This document shows, in pieces, positions 58,843 to 64,000 of a stretch of 64,000 bases of DNA (position 1 is the first letter of the stretch; every line of letters starts with the position of its first letter). A model generated the notes under the pieces. It did no database searches and was not told the origin of the DNA. It was given only the letters and a program-made list of their open reading frames with translations. Position numbers and translations under genes: made by a program. Location of the stretch: contig JBBABZ010000003.1 in assembly GCA_041657385.1 (NCBI GenBank), positions 8,820 to 72,819 on the forward strand, given 5' to 3'. Source of the DNA: Minisyncoccota bacterium. Lineage in GTDB: Bacteria; Patescibacteriota; Minisyncoccia; Minisyncoccales; JAQTVQ01.

Positions 58843-59364
58843 ATGGCAAAACTTTTTACGGATGGAAATAAACACAACGAACTTGCTGATGAAGTTATCA
58901 ATGCATCTACGAAAGCTCTTTCATATTTTTTTGAAGAGTGCCAGGAAGCGATTAGAACGAAAGATATAAGCGCAGTTGAGCTGTATCTTTTTTATCTTTG
59001 CCAGACGTGGTTTTTGTTAAAAAGTCATATTTTAGAGATGGGCGCAGACCAAAACGACCAAATGGTATTATTCGGAACAATAATTCATAAATTTTGCAAC
59101 AGAGCTGCCTCCTTAACATTTTCTAAGAACTTAGCGGCGGAAAATAATAATTTAGATTTTTGGGGTCAGGAATTAAAGAAAAATTTGATTTTTTATCAAC
59201 AAATAGCAAATGAGGGGGGAGTGGCTGAATTAATGCAGGTTGCTTATAATAAGATTATTAAGTCTGATGATCAAGATTTTCAATCGGCAACAGGCAAAGC
59301 GTTTTTAGCATCCGCATACATTGCCTCTGTTCATATCGAAGAAAAATTAGAAGAACTAATGTAG
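58843..59364 (+). CDS. hypothetical protein
   Basis: 173 aa, helical. Confidence 0.45.
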   Translation: MAKLFTDGNKHNELADEVINASTKALSYFFEECQEAIRTKDISAVELYLFYLCQTWFLLKSHILEMGADQNDQMVLFGTIIHKFCNRAASLTFSKNLAAENNNLDFWGQELKKNLIFYQQIANEGGVAELMQVAYNKIIKSDDQDFQSATGKAFLASAYIASVHIEEKLEELM

Positions 59365-59390
59365 AGAAGCATTTTTTATCTATAAAAATT

Positions 59391-59654
59391 ATGGCTAAAA
59401 AGACTCAAAAACTTTCTAATCTTAGTCCATTCGCATTCCAGAGGGAGCTTTATGCATCTGATGGTATAAACATTATAAGGACAATTCCGACTAAGGGCGG
59501 AAAGGCTCCCTTCATCGCTTATCTTAAAATTGGTTATGGGAAAGAGATTGAAGTCGATTATTCGATTGACGATGTCGCCCAAGTTTTATCTTCCGGATAT
59601 GAAATTACGAAAGAAGATTATGACAAATCTGACGGCGAAGTTAGGAATAGATAG
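59391..59654 (+). CDS. hypothetical protein
   Basis: 87 aa. Confidence 0.4.
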   Translation: MAKKTQKLSNLSPFAFQRELYASDGINIIRTIPTKGGKAPFIAYLKIGYGKEIEVDYSIDDVAQVLSSGYEITKEDYDKSDGEVRNR

Positions 59655-59700
59655 TTTCCCGCGGTATGATAACCTTTATTTTTTAAAAGAAAGTTAAGCT

Positions 59701-60237
59701 ATGGATTTTCCTAAGGAGCTACGACCAGCAAATAAAATGGAACTTCGGCTTTCGGATGGCATAGTAGTAGCCTTGCCAGTGGCTTATCCAAAGTTTTTAG
59801 CTTGGAAGGGACCATCTGTTGTTTTTGATTATGGAAACAAGCCCATAATTAATTACAAAGAGGAAGCGTGTTTTGCTGAGCTTGCAGTTCTTCGCCTTTT
59901 ACTTGATCAGGGATGGGACGGAGTGTGGGTTGAAAGTTACGGGGGCACTCATTATTTGCGAAGTATGCCTCAAGCATGGAATTTGCAATCGGAACATATA
60001 TTGATCCCGCAAGACAAAGAATGTTTACTGCAAAAGATATGGAAAGTAGCCAAGACGACGGCTTGTTTCGATGTTTTTGCATGGCACGATGACCAGTTAG
60101 TATTTTTTGAGGCTAAAAGGACAGGAAAAGATAAGCTTACTTCTCCTCAGATAAGATTTATAGAAGGAGCCTTGGCGTGTGGGATATCGCCGGAATCGCT
60201 CATTATTGTTGAGTGGGAAGATATTTCTTCGAGTTAA
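59701..60237 (+). CDS. VRR-NUC / PD-(D/E)xK-type nuclease domain protein
   Basis: FDVFAWHDDQLVFFEAKRTGKDKLTSPQIRFIEGALACG matches the VRR-NUC core (D ... E-A-K ... Q). Confidence 0.55.
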   Translation: MDFPKELRPANKMELRLSDGIVVALPVAYPKFLAWKGPSVVFDYGNKPIINYKEEACFAELAVLRLLLDQGWDGVWVESYGGTHYLRSMPQAWNLQSEHILIPQDKECLLQKIWKVAKTTACFDVFAWHDDQLVFFEAKRTGKDKLTSPQIRFIEGALACGISPESLIIVEWEDISSS

Positions 60238-60239
60238 AT

Positions 60240-60780
60240 TTCTCCTTATAGGCTATTCGGGCGGTCGTCGTTGGTTTTAAGTAATCAGCCGCCGCCGGTA
60301 GGCCTTGCTCTCTTTGACGATAGGAAAAGTGTGTTTTAAAGGTCCCGCCAAAGCGGGATTTTTAAAAGCCGGACGGCGGCGGCTGATTAGTATCCTGAGC
60401 TGGAAATTTTCGGAAAGGCTTTTGCGATAGAGTAAAAGACTTTCGGGAAAAGCGGACCCGCAAAAAACTATAGGAACCGGCCGCCGGAAAATCAAATGTC
60501 TCCGCGTCAGGTGTCATTTGATAGCGAAGCGGTTTATGGCGGCGGTTCCGTTAAATGGTTTTTGGCGGGGGAGCGGTTTCCGGCGGCCCCTGCCTGCTTT
60601 CTTGGAGTCTTGTCACTGGCCTTGGTCAGTTCATCGCGTGATTATGGCTCTATCCATCACATACCTCTGTCCAGGCGCTGTTTTGGCTTGGAGTTACCTC
60701 TTACTTAGGCATTGCTTCCAAAACAGCGCCGTTGACTACGGCAGAACCGTCCGGCGTTCGGATTGGGCCGCTTTCGATAG
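60240..60780. other. GC-rich noncoding region with multiple long perfect stem-loops (candidate structured RNA or oriT/ori/att region)
   Basis: 17-bp stem TAATCAGCCGCCGCCGG ... CCGGCGGCGGCTGATTA; GGAACCGGCCGCC ... GGCGGCGGTTCC enclosing ATCAAATG...CATTTGAT; 13-bp stem GGCGCTGTTTTGG ... CCAAAACAGCGCC. No long ORF. Confidence 0.5.
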
Positions 60781-60782
60781 CT

Positions 60783-60872
60783 AAAAAGTCTGCGTTCTTC
60801 ATTTCTCTGCGTGTTACCTTTACTCTGCGTTCTTAGAACGCAGAGTCAACGCAGAGAGAACGCAGACTTTTT
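60783..60872. repeat. nested palindrome (AAAAAGTCTGCGTTC ... GAACGCAGACTTTTT with inner CTCTGCGTTC-TTA-GAACGCAGAG)
   Basis: Perfect 15-bp outer and 10-bp inner inverted repeats centred at 60833-60835. CTCTGCG/CGCAGAG occurs four times. Confidence 0.8.
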
Positions 60873-60888
60873 AGCGAGCCAACGCATA

Positions 60889-61021
60889 CCTTTTTACCCC
60901 CACCTGCGGCTAAAATGCGTTGGCTACGGCCCAATCCGAGCGGACCTGCCCGAGCAGGGCCGCGGTCTGCGAGGAGGACTGGGTTTTAGCAAAAATACAG
61001 GCTGACGAGCAATAGTCGGGG
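60889..61021. repeat. ~133-bp inverted repeat (right copy), partner of 43467..43602; overlaps 3' extension of recombinase 2
   Basis: ~90% identical to the reverse complement of 43467..43602. Confidence 0.8.
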
Positions 61022-62529
61022 ATGGCAAGACTAAGAATTATTGATAAAATAGGTCCTAGCTTCGTTGTAGATATACTCATTTCAGAAAACGCCAATTTTT
61101 TGGCCGACAATGCCCACGGTTTTTGAAGCGAAATAGACGGTTTTTGGCCGACAATGCGGAAGTCCGAGCCGATTTTTTTGAGGAAGTTTTGTTTTTCCTC
61201 CAAATTTTCACTTTCCGCGATGGAATTGGCTTGAAATGCCTCTAAAATCCATTCTTTGAAGAGTCCGAGCCGAACATTTCCCTTCCGTCCAAAATTTTCC
61301 AGCTCCTCGTTAATTTCAACCTTGCGGTTGAGAAGTTTTTGTTTTTTGGCGGCGTATTCTTCGCGGCTGATCGTTTGGTCTATGTAAGCGTCCAAAAGTC
61401 GGTTTAATTTCGCGTTCACTGTTTTTAGTTCCGTTTTTAAATTTTGGGCGGAATCGTTGGCGGTAGTGGAAAATTTCTTGCGATCATTTTCCCATCGTTT
61501 GAGAAAGTTATTTTTCCATTCCGCGTTTAAAGAAACTTTTTGAAAAAGTTTATTCAGCTGTTCCGATAGATTTTTTTCGCCGATATATTTTTGGTGGCAA
61601 ACGCGGTCTTTCTTGGTACAGCGGTAATAGGTGTATGATTTGCCGGAAGGTTTGACCCTTGTTTCGGCGGTGATCTGGCGGCCGCACTCGCCGCATTTGA
61701 ACACGCCGCGGAAAGCGTAATGTTTCAAACTCTTTGCCTGCGGTTTGCCTCGTTCTCGCATAACGCGTTGAACTTTTTCAAAAAGTTGTTTGGAAATGAT
61801 CGGCTCGTGATTGCCTTGATATATTTCGCCTTTGAATTTAAACAAGCCGTAATAAAACGGATTTTTTAGCATTGTTTGGATTTTGGAAACGGCGATGGCT
61901 TTTCCTTTTCTTTGTCCGGCTAAGCCAATGGAAAAAGAAAGTTTTTGCAAATCTTCCAAAGTATATTTTCCCGTGGCGTAAGCTTCAAAAACTTTCTTGA
62001 CCGCTTCGGCGCGCTGTGTGTCTTTGACAATGGTGTGATGGCGCAGTTCGTTTAGATAGCCGATAGGGGCGTAGGCCGGATAATCGCCGTTTCGCAGTTT
62101 TTGGCGCAATCCGCGCTTGATGTTCTCGCTCAAATTGTCGATGTAATACTTTGACTGGCCGAAAGCGATATTTAACATAAACTTTCCCTGCGGGGTTGCG
62201 TCAAACCAAAAGGTGGGGAATTTTAAGCCGCCAATCTTGCCAGTGTCCACGAGATAAATAATCTTTCCGCCGTCAACGCTATTACGCGCCAGCCTGTCCG
62301 GGTGCCAGCTTAAAATTCCAAAAGACCCGCCCGCTTCTATTTTGGCGATCATTTGGTTGAATATGGGACGGCCTGGAACCTTGGCGGTTTTCGATTCAAT
62401 AAACTCATCGGCGATTTCCAATCCTTCTTTTAAAGCAAATTCTTTTAGCTCCGTTATCTGGGCTTCAATGCTTAGGACTTGGCGTTCTTCTTCGTCCGTG
62501 GATTTTCGAGCGTATAAAAAATATTTCAT
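60910..62529 (-). CDS. large serine recombinase (second copy) with C-terminal read-through extension into the inverted-repeat element
   Basis: MKYFLYARKSTDEEERQVLSIEAQ start chosen at 62529 (the ORF-track N-terminal extension is probably spurious). ~80% identical to recombinase 1. Its C-terminus runs ~55 aa past the point where recombinase 1 stops. Confidence 0.85.
   Translation of the reverse strand: MKYFLYARKSTDEEERQVLSIEAQITELKEFALKEGLEIADEFIESKTAKVPGRPIFNQMIAKIEAGGSFGILSWHPDRLARNSVDGGKIIYLVDTGKIGGLKFPTFWFDATPQGKFMLNIAFGQSKYYIDNLSENIKRGLRQKLRNGDYPAYAPIGYLNELRHHTIVKDTQRAEAVKKVFEAYATGKYTLEDLQKLSFSIGLAGQRKGKAIAVSKIQTMLKNPFYYGLFKFKGEIYQGNHEPIISKQLFEKVQRVMRERGKPQAKSLKHYAFRGVFKCGECGRQITAETRVKPSGKSYTYYRCTKKDRVCHQKYIGEKNLSEQLNKLFQKVSLNAEWKNNFLKRWENDRKKFSTTANDSAQNLKTELKTVNAKLNRLLDAYIDQTISREEYAAKKQKLLNRKVEINEELENFGRKGNVRLGLFKEWILEAFQANSIAESENLEEKQNFLKKIGSDFRIVGQKPSISLQKPWALSAKKLAFSEMSISTTKLGPILSIILSLAIPDYCSSACIFAKTQSSSQTAALLGQVRSDWAVANAF
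61075..61165. repeat. inverted repeat arm (~91 bp, 1 mismatch) inside recombinase-2 3' coding region; partner at 62612..62703
   Basis: ctcatttcagaaaacgccaattttttggccgacaatgcccacggtttttgaagcg... is the reverse complement of 62612..62703. Contains an internal direct repeat tttttggccgacaatgc. Confidence 0.85.
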
Positions 62530-62611
62530 ATTCCTTTTAAGGATAAAAATAATTTGAATTTGTGAAAATTTGGAGGAAAAAAATCGGCTTTCGTTTTCGA
62601 TTAACATTTTC

Positions 62612-62703
62612 GGACTTCCACATTGTCGGCCAAAAACCGTCTATTTCGCTTCAAAAACCGTGGGCATTGTCGGCCAAAAAATTGGCGTTTTCTGAAATGA
62701 GCT
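62612..62703. repeat. inverted repeat arm upstream of recombinase-2 start; partner of 61075..61165
   Basis: Reverse complement of 61075..61165. Explains spurious ORF 62562..62750, which encodes the recombinase C-terminal peptide. Confidence 0.85.
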
Positions 62704-63021
62704 GTTTGTATGAAAAAGTTCGGACTTTCTTCCTTGAAGAGAACAGCTAAAAACGGTCAAACTGCTCCGGTTTCTGTCTGGTATTTTTGTTGTATCTTTT
62801 TTGAGTAAAAGGCGCAACTTCTTGCCCCCGACTAAGCTCACTTCGCCCTGTTTTGGAGTACCAATCCAGAGCTTCGCTCGCAGACCGGCAACCGGCTTGG
62901 GAATCGGGCTTGGCACAACGCATTTTAGCCGAAAAGATGGGGGGGAGGGGAGAATTTAAAAATATATCGAAGCCGTAGGCTTCGCGTTAAATTTGAAAAA
63001 ACACTATAAAAAAGGTAAATT

Positions 63022-63810
63022 ATGGTTATGAACTACTGGACAAAACTAAGCATTGATTACGCAAGCCAAAAGAGCTACTTGGACGATTTGTTCCAAGTTT
63101 ATCCCACTATCCCAGAGGGAATACGCGATATAGACAAAAACCTTTGGGGGAACATCGAAAAGGCGTTTGAAAAAAAGGATAATGTAGAGTTATTGAACAA
63201 CCTTTTAAAGTTGGATTTATTTCCTATCAAGGATTCTTATGTCGCATATTTAAAAAGGGATAAATCTTCATTAGAAAGAAACCCTGCAACAGTAGATCGT
63301 CTTTGCGGGCGAATATACGAGATCGGGCTAGATAATCTTTTTTCGCAATGCTCGGAGCCTAAAGAAACGAATAGGCAAATCGGGCCATTGTTTAGAAGAT
63401 GGCTAAACAAGAAAAGTTTAGGGATTCAGGCAGTTAAACTAGCCGAATTTAGCAAAACAACTGGCAATGCTATTTTAGACGGCGGCGATGCCGAGATGAT
63501 GCATTTTGCAAAAGAACATTTAAATTACAAGCGAAATAAGGGGCTTGATTTTATTGGTCGATTCAATGGCAAATATGTGATAGGCGAGGCGAAATTTTTA
63601 ACCGATTTTGGGGGTCATCAAAACGCTCAATTTAATGACGCAATTTCGACCCTCAAAACTAAAGGTGTAAAAGCGATACCAGTTGCGATTCTTGACGGAG
63701 TGCTCTACATAGAGGGTAAGAATAAAATGTATAAGGAGATAACAGCTAAGCTAAAGAATGAAAATATTATGAGTAGCTTGGTGCTAAGAGAATTTTTGTA
63801 TCAAATATAA
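63022..63810 (+). CDS. putative type II restriction endonuclease (PD-(D/E)xK candidate)
   Basis: LDFIGRFNGKYVIGEAKFLTDFGG gives a D ... E-A-K core. Lies immediately upstream of a DNA methyltransferase gene. Confidence 0.4.
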   Translation: MVMNYWTKLSIDYASQKSYLDDLFQVYPTIPEGIRDIDKNLWGNIEKAFEKKDNVELLNNLLKLDLFPIKDSYVAYLKRDKSSLERNPATVDRLCGRIYEIGLDNLFSQCSEPKETNRQIGPLFRRWLNKKSLGIQAVKLAEFSKTTGNAILDGGDAEMMHFAKEHLNYKRNKGLDFIGRFNGKYVIGEAKFLTDFGGHQNAQFNDAISTLKTKGVKAIPVAILDGVLYIEGKNKMYKEITAKLKNENIMSSLVLREFLYQI

Positions 63811-63819
63811 CTTTTTATT

Positions 63820-64000
63820 ATGTTTTTGGAATACGAAAATAAAAAATCAGAAACAGACATATTGGCCAACACCGAAAAAGTTGAGCTTGAGTTTGTTTCT
63901 GGTCAAAATTCCTCCAACAAACTAATAAAAGGAGATAATCTTGCCGTTTTAAAAACCTTATTAGATGATTACAAATTGGGTGGCAAAATAGACTTAATTT
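63820..64000 (+). CDS. DNA methyltransferase (N6-adenine/N4-cytosine, ParB-less Mod/MboII-like), 5' part only
   Basis: NKLIKGDNLAVLKTLLDDYKLGGKIDLI is the canonical N-terminus preceding DPPY in N-4/N-6 MTases. The ORF continues past the window end. Confidence 0.7.
   Translation, partial: MFLEYENKKSETDILANTEKVELEFVSGQNSSNKLIKGDNLAVLKTLLDDYKLGGKIDLI

Noticed and set aside
62530-62607. 26-aa N-terminal extension of recombinase-2 ORF (MLIENESRFF...)
   Set aside because: Recombinase 1 and serine-recombinase consensus both start at MKYFLYARKS. The extension covers the promoter-homologous region.
62562-62750. 62-aa ORF encoding IVGQKPSISLQKPWALSAKKLAFSEMS
   Set aside because: It is the inverted duplicate of the recombinase-2 C-terminal coding sequence (an IR arm), not an independent gene.

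Overview
AT-rich (roughly 40% GC), compact window with almost all genes on the + strand; the gene content and small, divergent proteins suggest a Patescibacteria/CPR (Parcubacteria-like) bacterium. Positions 1-41.6 kb are core genome: murB (partial), hpf, secA, secDF, a sigma-70 region-4 domain protein, a membrane-protein + TraD/VirD4-like ATPase pair, pgk, a DHH/DHHA1 RecJ-like protein, a type IV pilin, alaS (lacking the C-Ala domain), the infA-rpmJ-rpsM-rpsK-rpsD-rpoA-rplQ cluster followed by rplM-rpsI, murA, two mreB paralogues, holB, frr, rseP, archaeal-type proS, gatCA, a CDP-archaeol-synthase-like protein, RNase P RNA (rnpB, + strand, not in the ORF track), murJ, lepA and an ftsB/divIC-like gene. 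From ~41.6 kb to the window end lies an accessory/mobile region. It holds two large serine recombinase genes (both on the - strand), each bracketed by a long near-perfect inverted repeat with one arm inside its own 3' coding end. A second, ~133-bp inverted-repeat pair flanks a ~17.3-kb cargo segment between them. The cargo carries a type I R-M locus (hsdM-DUF2130-OLD family ATPase/TOPRIM nuclease-hsdS-hsdR), a replication-relaxation protein, a second TraD/VirD4-like ATPase, an HhH-GPD FeS DNA glycosylase, a VRR-NUC nuclease and several unknown proteins. It ends in a ~540-nt GC-rich noncoding region full of long perfect stems and a nested palindrome. After the second recombinase comes a PD-(D/E)xK restriction endonuclease candidate and the 5' end of an N6/N4 DNA methyltransferase. 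Other features: a repeated ~95-nt intergenic element, GC-rich palindromic hairpins, intrinsic terminators and consensus-like promoters. No CRISPR array and no rRNA were seen. The only tRNA-like sequence is a weak tRNA-Gly(CCC)-like element abutting recombinase 1.
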